From: Verrucomicrobiales bacterium
Lineage (GTDB): Bacteria > Verrucomicrobiota > Verrucomicrobiia > Verrucomicrobiales > SLCJ01
DNA length: 51,362 bases
Reading direction: 5' to 3'
Assembly (NCBI GenBank): GCA_046075565.1
Contig: JBJTQJ010000050.1
Span: 1 to 51,362, forward strand
The notes beneath the pieces are model-generated. The model had not been told where the DNA came from, searched no databases, and saw only the letters and a program-made list of their open reading frames with translations. This document shows positions 41,631-51,118 of this stretch, piece by piece; position 1 is the first letter of the stretch, and the number at the start of each line of letters is the position of its first letter. The translations under genes and the position numbers were made by a program.

Positions 41631-42616
41631 CACGGAGCATTTCCTGGAAACGTCCCCTTATCGCCGTGGGTGGCGGAGCATGTGTCGCTTTGATCACCCG
41701 CGCTTTCGCCGGTTCCGGTCGGGCCACTTTGCTCGCACGCGATCTCGCCGCGGGTATCGGCTTCCCAGTCGATACCGCCACCGACATCAGTCATCCGTGG
41801 GCCGTCGCTCTCATCGCCATGGGCTCGGCATGGACGATCTGGCTCTGCCTTGAAATCCGATCGCTTGCCCAGCAATTCGCACTCTTCGTCGCTGCGCTTG
41901 CCCTCTGTCTCACCGGTTCGTGGCTCGCCCACATCGGCGGCGGGGCCGTTCCCACCGTGCCCGTGATGGTCGCGCTCTGTCTCGCCTTCATCGCAGGACA
42001 ATTCGCTGCCGGCTTCGGTGGCAGCCCGCGCCAGCAGGCACTGCTCGGTCTCCTCGATGGAAAATTGAACGCATCCCGTTCCAGTGAACTCGCGACCGCC
42101 GGCAACGAACCCGTGCCCGATGAATCCCGCGATTGCCTCGTCACCGCGATCGAAGTTCCTGCGTCCGACCGGGAATTTTTTCCCGTGCTACGCCAGGGTC
42201 TTCTAACAGACGGAGCATTCCTCCAGGAGAGGGATGACGGACTCTGCCTCGTCATTTACGGACTTTGGGACGATCTCGATGAGAATAGCGCATGGTCATC
42301 CCTCGCGCGGGCTGTTGACGGTCTGGTGGCGCGTCCTGAGGGTTGGAAACTCGCCACCGCCCGCGGAACCGTGCGCCGTTTTCTTGATCTCGGTGAAACG
42401 CCTTCCTTGCATCTGCGTGGGCGCGTCATCAGCGACCTCGCCACACTGCTTGATGAAGGCGAAACCACCGATGATGCTCCGCCTCACTGGCTTTCGACCG
42501 CTGCGCCGCCTGCCGAACGCTCCATCGGTTGGCAACTCGCTCCCGATTCCGCTGCGCCTCTTCGTTTGAACCCCACCGAAAGCAGGGCGCCAGTTCCACC
42601 ATCGCCGCCGGAATAA
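41627..42616 (+). CDS. Membrane protein with possible degenerate class III nucleotidyl-cyclase-like C-terminal domain
   Basis: ATGA-coupled to the ClpX-like gene; ~4 TM helices, then [24 protein letters not shown] and [12 protein letters not shown] in the order of cyclase motifs. Confidence 0.55.
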   Translation: MTRSISWKRPLIAVGGGACVALITRAFAGSGRATLLARDLAAGIGFPVDTATDISHPWAVALIAMGSAWTIWLCLEIRSLAQQFALFVAALALCLTGSWLAHIGGGAVPTVPVMVALCLAFIAGQFAAGFGGSPRQQALLGLLDGKLNASRSSELATAGNEPVPDESRDCLVTAIEVPASDREFFPVLRQGLLTDGAFLQERDDGLCLVIYGLWDDLDENSAWSSLARAVDGLVARPEGWKLATARGTVRRFLDLGETPSLHLRGRVISDLATLLDEGETTDDAPPHWLSTAAPPAERSIGWQLAPDSAAPLRLNPTESRAPVPPSPPE

Positions 42617-42646
42617 AGAAAAGCTTTTCGCCGGGATCGTCGGCAG

Positions 42647-42678
42647 CTTGCCCGCCGTAGCCTCCGGCGAAGGCTGGG
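42647..42678. repeat. REP-like palindrome (GTAG + hairpin)
   Basis: GTAGCCT-ccggcga-AGGCT at 42657-42675, in a convergent intergenic region. Confidence 0.45.
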
Positions 42679-42747
42679 TCCTCGTCGGCATGGCTCAAGG
42701 ATTGTGCGGCTTTTCTTTTTCCCAGCGCGTTTTTCATGCGCCAGCAA

Positions 42748-42780
42748 AATCGGCAATCTTCAATCCCAAATCTTCAATTC
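42748..42780. repeat. Heptameric tandem repeat AATCnnn
   Basis: aatcggc aatcttc aatccca aatcttc aattc. Confidence 0.6.
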
Positions 42781-42782
42781 CC

Positions 42783-43811
42783 TCAGGTCTCCGGAACCCT
42801 CTCGGGAGGATTACCTTTCACCAGTTGCCAAAGCCCGGCGCGTTCTGGATCAGCGATCCGGCGAAGGTTCAGCCAAGGGGCCGACCTATCGGCAGCGGCG
42901 GGATCCACTCCGATACCCCAAAGCGGGCTCATTTTTTGCGGCAACATGGAGTAGCGGACATCGCCAAGAACGCGGGTTTCAATATCTGGTGAGGCAACTT
43001 CGGCTATCCATTGATCCGAGAAATGGGCGAAGCGAGCAATGTCGCGGGCGAGTCGTGAATTTTCACCCAACCTTGCCCGGGCCGCTGCAGCATCAAAGAC
43101 TGGCAGGGAATCCCCATCCACCACCACTGTCCCGGAGAGTCCCGGCCGGATGGCCACACTGTAGTAGCGCCCCCTGCTTTGGTAGAGTCCGCGCCAGACA
43201 ATGATATTCGCGAATGATGGTTTAACCGTGACGCGTTCCAGCGTGTGTCCGCGTTCAGAAGCGACAACTTGCAGGGTTGCCATGGCGCGCTGGCGTTGGA
43301 TGAGGGAGAGCCCGAGATAAGCGCAAAGAAAACACAACGCAATGGGCACGGCGCGGCTCTGGGGTTTCCATAAGCCGAAAATCACGCCAGCTAACAATGG
43401 CAGGGTAATTATGGGATCGATGATCGACACCATGTCCCACGCCACACGCGTTTCCACGAATGGCCACCAGATTCGGGTGCCATAGCTGGTCCACGCGTCG
43501 CAGAAGATGTGGCTCAGCCCGGCAGCGAGACCGGGCAGAAAAAGCGTCCGCCAAGGGGTTTTGCCGCGCAGCAGTAGCCATGCGATCGAGGCGGCCAGCA
43601 CGGCAATGACAGGTTGGAAGAGGACGGAGTGTGTGAAGTGACGGTGGTATTCCACACCGAGCAACGGATCGGCATCGGAGCGGATGAAAACATCCGCGTC
43701 CGGCAACAGCCCGGCGGCTAGCCCCGCGAGTGCCGCCTGCCGGCGGTATCCGCGAGGCGCGACCAGCATGGCAACTGCCATTCCGAGGGTGCTGTGGGTC
43801 AGGGGATCCAT
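42783..43811 (-). CDS. Membrane-bound metal-dependent hydrolase (YdjM-like)
   Basis: MDPLTH, LPDAD, YHRHFTHS, SHIFCDAWTSYGT, IIDP. Confidence 0.88.
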   Translation of the reverse strand: MDPLTHSTLGMAVAMLVAPRGYRRQAALAGLAAGLLPDADVFIRSDADPLLGVEYHRHFTHSVLFQPVIAVLAASIAWLLLRGKTPWRTLFLPGLAAGLSHIFCDAWTSYGTRIWWPFVETRVAWDMVSIIDPIITLPLLAGVIFGLWKPQSRAVPIALCFLCAYLGLSLIQRQRAMATLQVVASERGHTLERVTVKPSFANIIVWRGLYQSRGRYYSVAIRPGLSGTVVVDGDSLPVFDAAAARARLGENSRLARDIARFAHFSDQWIAEVASPDIETRVLGDVRYSMLPQKMSPLWGIGVDPAAADRSAPWLNLRRIADPERAGLWQLVKGNPPERVPET

Positions 43812-43929
43812 GATTCGTCGGTCTCGATACGCCGGAGTGGCGTGGGAAGATTCAGCCCGTCCTAGCACAAAGACTACCGCGAAAGGGAGCAAGACGATAC
43901 CTTTGAAGCGAGTCGAGCGACTCGCGACC

Positions 43930-44775
43930 TCAATCCTCACGCTGCCGCCTGGCCTCAGCCAGCCGGGTGGTCATTGGTCCCGGAGCCATCGGAATACGTT
44001 TTCCATCCAGGGCAGAAACCGCCACCACTCCCCGGGTCGAGGAGGTGAGGAACACTTCATCCGCGACGGCGATTTCTCCGGGCAAACAATCCGACGTGTC
44101 GACATTGAACCCGAGAATGGCCGCATCTTCGAGCACGAGGGCGCGGGCCACCCCCGGTAAGCAACCGCTTTCCACCGGTGGGGTGCGCAGGATGCCGCCG
44201 CGGACAAAGAAGATATTCGCGGTCGCGGATTCGCAGATCTCGCCGCGTGTATTGAGGATAAGTGCTTCATCCGCTCCCGCCCGCCGGGCTTCGGCCAGAA
44301 AGACGAGATTTTCCGCATAAGAGATCGATTTCGTGCCCGCGAGCGGGGAGTCGGGATTGCGGCGACCGTTCACGGTCGCAAGGCAAAGGGACGCGGGAAC
44401 AGGGTGGGGGACCGAGGCGGTGATTCGAATGGTGGGTTCCACCGTGGGGTCAAGACTGCCACCTGGCAGTTGCGGGCCCGCGCTCACCGTCACCCGCAGG
44501 CGCAGGCGCGGCAGTCCGGCTGCTTTGGCGGTCTCGCGGCAGGCGGCGCGCAGCATGTCCCGGTCCGGCGGGCGCAACCCGAGCCTGGCCAGCCCTTCGG
44601 TCAAACGCGCGTGATGGCGCTCCCACTCGAAGGGTTCGCCACGCAGGGCAAGCAGGGTTTCAAAACAACCCGCCCCGAGGGTGAATCCTGCGTCGAAAGG
44701 AGAGATCGAGGATTCATTGGGCGGCAAAAGGCCGCCATTGCACCAGACGGGGAATTCTCCAGATTGGTCGGACAT
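43930..44775 (-). CDS. PLP-dependent aminotransferase class IV (PabC/IlvE/Dat-like)
   Basis: GAGCFETL, HHARL, KSISY, GEICESATANIF, CLPGVAR, DEVFLTSSTRG. Confidence 0.9.
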   Translation of the reverse strand: MSDQSGEFPVWCNGGLLPPNESSISPFDAGFTLGAGCFETLLALRGEPFEWERHHARLTEGLARLGLRPPDRDMLRAACRETAKAAGLPRLRLRVTVSAGPQLPGGSLDPTVEPTIRITASVPHPVPASLCLATVNGRRNPDSPLAGTKSISYAENLVFLAEARRAGADEALILNTRGEICESATANIFFVRGGILRTPPVESGCLPGVARALVLEDAAILGFNVDTSDCLPGEIAVADEVFLTSSTRGVVAVSALDGKRIPMAPGPMTTRLAEARRQRED

Positions 44776-44823
44776 CACCACGGAGCATAACCGCCCGTCG
44801 CTCGCTCGCAATCCGATTCCCGC

Positions 44824-45735
44824 ATGATTCCATCCCTGCTCACCGTCCTTCTTTTCGCGATCTCCGCCGTGGCGGGTGAACGCACGGCTCGCTACTGGGG
44901 GAGTGAGCGAGGGAATCTGCTCCGGCTCTTTCTGGCCACGCTCATCATGGGTGTGATCACCCTTGCGTTTTTTCCCACCAGTTTGGAGCCGTCCACTTAT
45001 ACATGGCTTTTTCTCAGCGGCATGATCGGCTTCGGCTTCGGGGATATCGCGCTTTTTCTCGCTTACGTGCGCATCGGTTCACGCCTAACAATTCTGCTCA
45101 ACCTCTGCACCGCCCCGCTCTGGAGTTCTCTTTTGGAGGCCATCTGGCTGGGAAACCGGCTGACTCTTTCCGAAGCGGGTGCCGGTCTGGTGATTCTCGC
45201 CGGTGTGGCCATGGCCATTCTGAGCCGTGAAGCGGGGAACTCTCCGCGCCTCGGTTCCCGGTGGGTGGGTGTATTGTGTGGATTGGCCGCCGGATGCGGA
45301 CAAGGCCTCGGGGCCGTGATCAGCCGCAAGGCCTTCGATACCGCCCACCTCGCCGCCATTGATTTGAACGGATTCAGCGCCGCCGCGCAACGCGTCTCCG
45401 GTGGATTCGCCACCACCCTTTTCGTGGTCCTGCTCCTGCGGTTCTTCTCCCGCTCGAGCCGCCCGTCCGCGACGGCGGTTTCGAACTCGTTAAAATGGCG
45501 GTGGTTGATGGCGACGACCCTTTGCGGCCCCATCCTCGGTGTTTCCTGTTTCCAGTGGGCACTCGCCGATTGGAAAGCCGGGATTGTCACCGCCATCACC
45601 GCCACCACTCCCATCGCCATGATCCCGCTCGCCATGGCCATTGACGGGGAAAAACCGAAAGCGCTTTCCGTGCTCGGTGCCGTCATCGCGGTCGCGGGCG
45701 TCATTGCCTTGCTTGTCGTGAAAGGGACAATTTGA
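44824..45735 (+). CDS. DMT/EamA family transporter
   Basis: ~10 TM helices, LSGMIGFGFGD, two EamA repeats. Confidence 0.88.
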   Translation: MIPSLLTVLLFAISAVAGERTARYWGSERGNLLRLFLATLIMGVITLAFFPTSLEPSTYTWLFLSGMIGFGFGDIALFLAYVRIGSRLTILLNLCTAPLWSSLLEAIWLGNRLTLSEAGAGLVILAGVAMAILSREAGNSPRLGSRWVGVLCGLAAGCGQGLGAVISRKAFDTAHLAAIDLNGFSAAAQRVSGGFATTLFVVLLLRFFSRSSRPSATAVSNSLKWRWLMATTLCGPILGVSCFQWALADWKAGIVTAITATTPIAMIPLAMAIDGEKPKALSVLGAVIAVAGVIALLVVKGTI

Positions 45736-45807
45736 AATAACCCCGCTGTTTCTCAAAAGCAATGGTTGTGCCTTGGATCGAAGATTGCTATTGATGATTC
45801 GACGCTT

Positions 45808-46941
45808 ATGAAAGTCGCCTATGTCAGCCTGAAAGATCCTTCCGACGAGCACTCCTGGTCGGGAATGATGAAGACGATGCGCGACTGCCTCATTTCCCAG
45901 GGCCACGAGGTGGAAGACATTTTCGACATGAAACGTGCGCCCCTTTGGCGGGTGGCATTCAAGACCCTCTACCACCGGAACATCGAAAAGAATGTCTACG
46001 ACTGGCGCCGTGATCCGCTCGTGCTCCGCAACTTGGCCCGTCAGGTCGAGGCCAAACTCGCGGGTCGCGGGTTCGACATGATTTTCAGCCCCGGCACGAC
46101 GGCAGTGGCCATGCTGGAGACGGATATCCCGATTGTGATTTGGACGGATGCGACATTCTGAAACCTCGTCTGATTTTATCCTGAAAATTCCAATCATCCC
46201 GCCGCGACCGTGCGCAATGGCCACGAGGTGGAGAAACGGATCTTACGCCACTGCAGATACGCCATCTATTCTTCGGATTGGGCGGCGCGCAGTGCCATCG
46301 ACTTCGATGGCGCCGACCCGGCCAAAGTGAAGGTGATTCCCTTCGCTGCCAACGTCGATCACCAATTTGACGAAGCATCCGTCCGGAACTTCATCGCCTC
46401 CCGATCGCGACAGACTTGCCGACTTCTATTCGTCGGAGTGGATTGGCACCGGAAAGGCGGGGCAAAGGCGGTGGAGGTCGCCCGTCTTCTCAATGAGTCG
46501 GGTCTTCCCACCGAATTGGATTTTGTGGGTTGTGAGCCTGAAGGTGAGACGCCGGAATTCGTGAAACGACATGGGTTTATCTCCAGACGCACGGCCGAAG
46601 GTCGGGCGTGGCTCGACGAACTCTTCGCCCGAAGCCATTTCCTCATCGTGCCTTCGCTCGCGGAATGTTACGGGCTCGTCTTCGCTGACGCATCCTCTTA
46701 TGGCGTTCCCAGTCTCGCCACGAATGTCGGTGGTATCCCGACGGTTGTTAGAGAGGGCATCAACGGGCGTTTGTTTGATTTGAACCAAGATGCCGCGTCT
46801 TATTGTGAGTATGTCCGCGGTCTGATCTCCGATTGGCCGCGCTACCAGGCGCTCGCGGAAAGCAGCTTCCGCGAGTATTCCGAACGACTCAACTGGGATG
46901 CCGTCGGCTGCGAATTCGCCAAGGTCCTGGCCGACATTTGA
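45808..46941 (+). pseudogene. GT4 glycosyltransferase interrupted by two in-frame TGA codons
   Basis: One continuous frame, WTDATF*NLV*FYPENSN (TGA at 46159 and 46171), leading on to LLFVGVDWHRKGG and PSLAECYGLVFADASSYGVP. Confidence 0.85.
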
Positions 46942-47110
46942 ATGGAGAGAGATTGGTGTCGAGACGCTAACGGCCAAATCGCCTCGAATCTCCATTTCGA
47001 TCGAACTCGAAGAGGAACGTTCATCCCAGTTTGCACGGGGCGTATGAAACGGTAGATATCACATCCACCCGGATCATCCCGCAGCGGACGCCACCCAGCG
47101 CGTCGCGCCT

Positions 47111-47459
47111 TCAAGGGTCTGGAGTTTCATTCTCCACAACTTTCGGGTAGCCGTGCAGGACGGTCTCCGGCCACCATCGGCCCTCAGTATCAATGGTAAG
47201 GATCAGTTGCTGGGAGCTAAATCCGAGCGATTTTTCGGGGGTCGGTCCTGGGGGCGGAGATGGAGAATACGACATCTCCCGTGCGGCGAGTCGACAAACC
47301 GTAGGTTCCCTGTAAGGTCATTTTCACCACGACCACTCCGGGCCCATCTTGTTTGGTGAGGCTTTCGCGGAGCTTTGCCGCCGTCGCTGCCTTATAGCCC
47401 ATGGCTCCGGAGATCCAGAGCAGGACGACCAGAAGAATGAAGCCGCGCACCTTCCACAT
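47111..47459 (-). pseudogene. Small membrane-anchored hypothetical protein, possibly frameshifted
   Basis: MWKVRGFILLVVLLWISGAMGY... reaches TAG at 47217; a shifted frame across C/A runs continues PTPEKSLGFSSQQLILTIDTEGRWWPETVLHGYPKVVENETPDP*. Confidence 0.35.
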
Positions 47460-47539
47460 GCCGCACTTTACCAAAACCCCGCGTCAAAGGGAAGCGAAGT
47501 GTCACTTTTCCAAATCGATTCCAAGTCTATCTTCGCCAA

Positions 47540-48838
47540 ATGGATGAATCCGCGAATCAAACCAGCGAGTCCGCCGTGGCTCCGCCCCTCGGGGAGTGTC
47601 TGAAAGCGTGGCTGACGGTAGGGTTGCTCGGGTTCGGAGGGCCGGCGGGGCAGATCGCTCTCATGCACCGGGAGTTGGTGGAAAAGCGGCGATGGCTATC
47701 GGAAGAACGGTTTCTCCACGCACTCAATTATTGCATGTTGCTGCCCGGGCCGGAGGCCCACCAGCTTTCCATTTATAGCGGATGGCTGCTGCGTGGGACA
47801 TGGGGCGGCATCCTCGCCGGGGCGTGTTTTCTTTTGCCGGGGGCGCTGCTCATGCTCGGGATATCCGCGCTCTACATAGGCTTCGGAGCATCCGCGGGCG
47901 CCCCGGCCTTGCTTTACGGCCTCAAAATCGCCGTGCTGGCCCTGGTCGCGGGCGCCGTCTGGAAACTCGGGTCGAAGGTCCTGCGCACACCCTTGCTGGT
48001 GGGCGTGGCGGTTGTCGCCTTCGTGGCTTTGTTTATTGGACGAGTCCCGTTTCCTCTGGTCATCGCATCGGCGCTTGTTTTCGGATGGCTGGCCGGCAAG
48101 TGGATTCCGGAGGCCTTTCCCTCACCAGCCACGCCAACGACCGTGGATTCCACGAGACTAATGAGGAAACATCCATCAGTCACCGCAACTCTCCGGGTGG
48201 CCTTGCTCTGGCTCTGTATATGGCTGGCCCCGATTCTCGCCTCGAGCTTGGTTCTGGGCGAGGGGAGCGTGGTGACCCGGCTCGGTTGGTTCTTTTCACA
48301 GGTGGCCATGGTGACTTTCGGCGGTGCCTACGCCGTCCTGCCGTATGTGGCCGATCACGCCGTGAACACACACGGTTGGCTATCCGCACCGCAGATGATG
48401 GACGGTCTAGGACTGGCGGAGACGACGCCGGGGCCGCTCATTCTGGTGCTGCAGTTCGTGGGATTCCTCGCCGGTTGGGAAAATGGCCATGGCGGGTGGG
48501 GTCAGGCCATCCTTGCCGCCGGCATTTCGACCTGGGCCACCTTCCTGCCAGGCCATCTTTTCATCTTCGCCGGTGCCCCGCATATTGAAGCCAGTCTCGG
48601 CCAGAAAGGCCTGCATGCGCCCCTGAAGAGCGTCTCGGCTGCCGTGACCGGGGTAATCCTGAATCTCGCGGTCTGGTTCGCCCTGCTGCTCTGTTTTCCA
48701 TCCGAAGGGAAAGTCGATGTCGTGGCGATTGTGGGGGCTCTTGGGCTCTTCGCCGCCATGCAACGATGGAAATGGGGAGTTCTGACGGTAGTTGCGGCTG
48801 GAATCGCCGTGGGAATCCTGCGATCGTCTATGTCCTGA
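47540..48838 (+). CDS. chrA: Chromate efflux transporter
   Basis: GFGGPAGQIALMHRELVE, YCMLLPGPEA, TFGGAYAVL, GLGLAETTPGPLI. Confidence 0.93.
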   Translation: MDESANQTSESAVAPPLGECLKAWLTVGLLGFGGPAGQIALMHRELVEKRRWLSEERFLHALNYCMLLPGPEAHQLSIYSGWLLRGTWGGILAGACFLLPGALLMLGISALYIGFGASAGAPALLYGLKIAVLALVAGAVWKLGSKVLRTPLLVGVAVVAFVALFIGRVPFPLVIASALVFGWLAGKWIPEAFPSPATPTTVDSTRLMRKHPSVTATLRVALLWLCIWLAPILASSLVLGEGSVVTRLGWFFSQVAMVTFGGAYAVLPYVADHAVNTHGWLSAPQMMDGLGLAETTPGPLILVLQFVGFLAGWENGHGGWGQAILAAGISTWATFLPGHLFIFAGAPHIEASLGQKGLHAPLKSVSAAVTGVILNLAVWFALLLCFPSEGKVDVVAIVGALGLFAAMQRWKWGVLTVVAAGIAVGILRSSMS

Positions 48839-48844
48839 ATCGAG

Positions 48845-48884
48845 AAAAACAAAAGGGCCGGTCCCCGTGAAGAGGACCGGCCCG
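48845..48884 (-). terminator. Intrinsic terminator after rplT (possibly bidirectional)
   Basis: Minus strand gggccggtcc-tcttcacgg-ggaccggccc followed by tttgttttt. Confidence 0.8.
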
Positions 48885-48907
48885 GTAGAAAGGTTGAAAA
48901 TTTGGGA

Positions 48908-49294
48908 TTAGGCCGACTTTTTGGTTTCTTCCGCCTTCTTGGCGAGGGCGGCCTTGGCTTGCGCGACCACGGCCGAGAAATCGGCGGGGGACGTGATGGC
49001 CATGTCGGACAGCACCTTGCGGTCGAGATCGATGCCGGCGGCGTCCAGTCCTTCAATGAAGCGGCTGTAGCTCAGGCCTTCGGCACGGACAGCGGCATTG
49101 ATGCGCTGGACCCAAAGGTTGCGGAAGTTGCGTTTGCGCGTCTTGCGATCGCGGTAGGACCATGTCTGCGCCTTGAAGACAGCGTCTTTGGCGTAGCGGA
49201 ACAGTTTGGAGCGGGCTCCCCGGAATCCTTTGGCTTTGTCGAGCCAGCGTTTCCGGCGTTTGCGGGAGGCAGGTGCGTTGGTTGCGCGGGGCAT
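48908..49294 (-). CDS. rplT: 50S ribosomal protein L20
   Basis: [51 protein letters not shown]. Confidence 0.98.
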   Translation of the reverse strand: MPRATNAPASRKRRKRWLDKAKGFRGARSKLFRYAKDAVFKAQTWSYRDRKTRKRNFRNLWVQRINAAVRAEGLSYSRFIEGLDAAGIDLDRKVLSDMAITSPADFSAVVAQAKAALAKKAEETKKSA

Positions 49295-49324
49295 GTGTTT
49301 CTTGGGGTGGCCGGACTGTTGTTG

Positions 49325-49430
49325 GGACTCCAGATTCTCCGCCTCGTCTGGCCATTTAGCCGGTCTTCACCGGCCAGGCGGGGGAATCTGCCGCCGGCGA
49401 GCGGCGGAGGGCGCGGTATTGCGCGCGTCG
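49325..49430 (-). promoter_or_regulatory. Structured intergenic RNA between rpmI and rplT (candidate ribosomal leader)
   Basis: Three tandem stems on the mRNA: gcgcg/cgcgc, ccgccg/cggcgg, and CAGAUUC..CCGCCU/AGGCGG..GAAUCUG enclosing gccggu-gaag-accggc. Confidence 0.45.
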
Positions 49431-49444
49431 GTGGTAATCTTCCG

Positions 49445-49657
49445 TCAGTTTCCAAACGGGAGGTTACCCATGACCTTGAACAGGTCACGTTCCGAGACCA
49501 GGGCGACTTTGCCGAGAGAACGTTTGCGTTTGCGGCTCTTGTTCTGAAGCAAGTGTCGTTTGCCTTGTTTGCGGCGCAGCACCTTGCCGGTGCCCGTGAC
49601 CTTGAATCTCTTGGCCACGGCTTTACGGGTTTTGGCGATGCCACCTTTACGAGTCAT
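49445..49657 (-). CDS. rpmI: 50S ribosomal protein L35
   Basis: [39 protein letters not shown]. Confidence 0.97.
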   Translation of the reverse strand: MTRKGGIAKTRKAVAKRFKVTGTGKVLRRKQGKRHLLQNKSRKRKRSLGKVALVSERDLFKVMGNLPFGN

Positions 49658-49666
49658 AGGGCGTGG

Positions 49667-49694
49667 AATCTACGCGGCAGGGCAATTCGTGCAA
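49667..49694 (-). promoter_or_regulatory. Sigma70 promoter of rpmI-rplT (near-leaderless)
   Basis: TTGCAC (49694-49689), 16 nt spacer, TAGATT (49672-49667), then 9 nt to ATG. Confidence 0.55.
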
Positions 49695-49835
49695 GTCTTT
49701 TTCCTTCGTTTTGGAAATTGCTTGCGGTAGGCGGATTCCCAAATGGCAGGAGGACGGTTCCGCATCCCCAAACGTGGCACCGCGTGGTCCGGGCCCCAGC
49801 CCAGTGGCGTGTTGACCCCATGCTGTTGAAAATCG

Positions 49836-49867
49836 GTATTGCCATGCAAGTTGGCGCGTATTACCCT
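49836..49867 (+). promoter_or_regulatory. TA promoter with overlapping GTATTRCC direct repeats (putative RHH operator)
   Basis: TTGCCA (49839), 17 nt spacer, TACCCT (49862), 6 nt to ATG; GTATTGCC at 49836 and GTATTACC at 49858. Confidence 0.6.
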
Positions 49868-49873
49868 CGCCCT

Positions 49874-50116
49874 ATGCAAACCATCTCACTCAAGTTGCCG
49901 GACGCGCTATTGGCGCGTCTGGAGGAGGAAAGCCGCCTGCGCCGGACGAACAAATCCGCCTTGGTGCGTGCTGCCTTGGAGCGAGAACTTGCCCCGGATC
50001 AACGCGGAAAACCTCCATCCTGCTATGATTTGGCCGGGGATCTGGCTGGCTCCATCAAAGGCTTGCCGAAAGACATCGCGACAAACCCGAAATACATGGA
50101 GGGCTTCGGCGAGTGA
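49874..50116 (+). CDS. CopG/ribbon-helix-helix antitoxin (VapB-like)
   Basis: MQTISLKLPDALLARLEEESR..NKSALVRAALE; C-terminal DIATNPKYMEGFG; GTGA-coupled to the PIN gene. Confidence 0.88.
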   Translation: MQTISLKLPDALLARLEEESRLRRTNKSALVRAALERELAPDQRGKPPSCYDLAGDLAGSIKGLPKDIATNPKYMEGFGE

Positions 50117-50532
50117 CCTCCACCATTCTCTTGGACACCGGGCCGCTGGTGGGGTTCCTGGCTCGTGACTCGGAGCATGCCGGCTGGATCCGAGAGCAAT
50201 GGCAACGGCTCTCTCCTCCCATGCTCACCTGCGAAGCCGTTCTGACGGAGGCCGTCTTCATCCTCAAACGGGAGGGTGCGGACCCAGATGCGATTTTTGA
50301 ACTCTTGCAAAGAAAAGTCATTCGTGTGGCCCTGAGCATCGACCAGGAGCATGCCGACCTCCGGAGGTTGATGCACCGTTATCGGAATTTGCCCATTTCC
50401 CTGGCGGATGCCTCGCTCGTGCGACTCAGCGAACTCCTCCGGAACAGCAGGGTTTTCACCTTGGATTCGGATTTTCGCATCTACCGCCGCCACGGAAACA
50501 AGGTCATCCCTCTTCTGATACCGGAGCCATAG
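50113..50532 (+). CDS. PIN-domain toxin (VapC-like)
   Basis: ILLDTGPLV, TCEAVLTEA, SLADASLV, FTLDSDFRIYR. Confidence 0.92.
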   Translation: MTSTILLDTGPLVGFLARDSEHAGWIREQWQRLSPPMLTCEAVLTEAVFILKREGADPDAIFELLQRKVIRVALSIDQEHADLRRLMHRYRNLPISLADASLVRLSELLRNSRVFTLDSDFRIYRRHGNKVIPLLIPEP

Positions 50533-50680
50533 GCCTGCCGACAGGCTGTCGGATTCCCTGTGAGCTGTTTTTTCGATACCGCGGAGTGATCGCGACAGAA
50601 ATGGGCGCGGGTCTTCTCCGGAAAAAAGCCGACGGTTTTCATCAACCATGAAGAAGGGAAAGCCGAAATGCGGCCCGAGT

Positions 50681-51118
50681 TCATTGATCGAGAGTGGGCG
50701 TAGGTTGCCTGGTGATTCCCAAGGCAGAGTTCAACTTCTCCACCCAGGCTTGGGCGTCTTCTTCCGCTGTCCATCGGGTTAGCCTCCGCGCCTTGCGGTC
50801 CACGATGAGCACGATGCTTCTCATTGATTGGTCATTCGTTTCGATCGTGTGGAGGGCACGAGCGCCGCCGACGGAAGCGCGCGGGAACGTCTCTTCCTTG
50901 ACGACCCGACTTTTCTTCAGCGTTCTCAACACCAGCCGTTCTTCATCACCATCCAAACGCAATTCCTTCCGCTTGGTCTGCAGTAGGAACACACATAAGA
51001 GCATACCGGCGGCGAAAAGGACGGATCCTGCGATGAAGGGAAGGATATCCAGAGCAGAGAAAATGGCGTCAACGACCTGTAGGCCGAACGGTTGGGATTC
51101 TGTCGGGGCAGGGCGGGA
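50681..51118 (-). pseudogene. Membrane hypothetical protein, 5' end interrupted by the IS3-family element
   Basis: The frame of ORF 50681..51004 stays open upstream (SRPAPTESQPFGLQVVDAIFSALDILPFIAGSVLFAAGM...) right up to the IS end at 51119. Confidence 0.6.

Noticed and set aside
46159..46173. Selenocysteine or alternative genetic code for the TGA codons
   Set aside because: No SECIS-like hairpin follows, the positions are not obviously Cys-type, and TGA is a normal stop for gyrB, rodA, rplI and others in this window
47070..47220. 6S RNA-like long hairpin
   Set aside because: Some pairing (cccagc/gctggg, agggtc/ggccct) but no convincing closing stem, and one minus frame reads as plausible protein; cmsearch against the Rfam 6S model would settle it
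50535..50580. Possible IS terminal remnant (caggctgtcggatt)
   Set aside because: Too short, with no partner end or transposase
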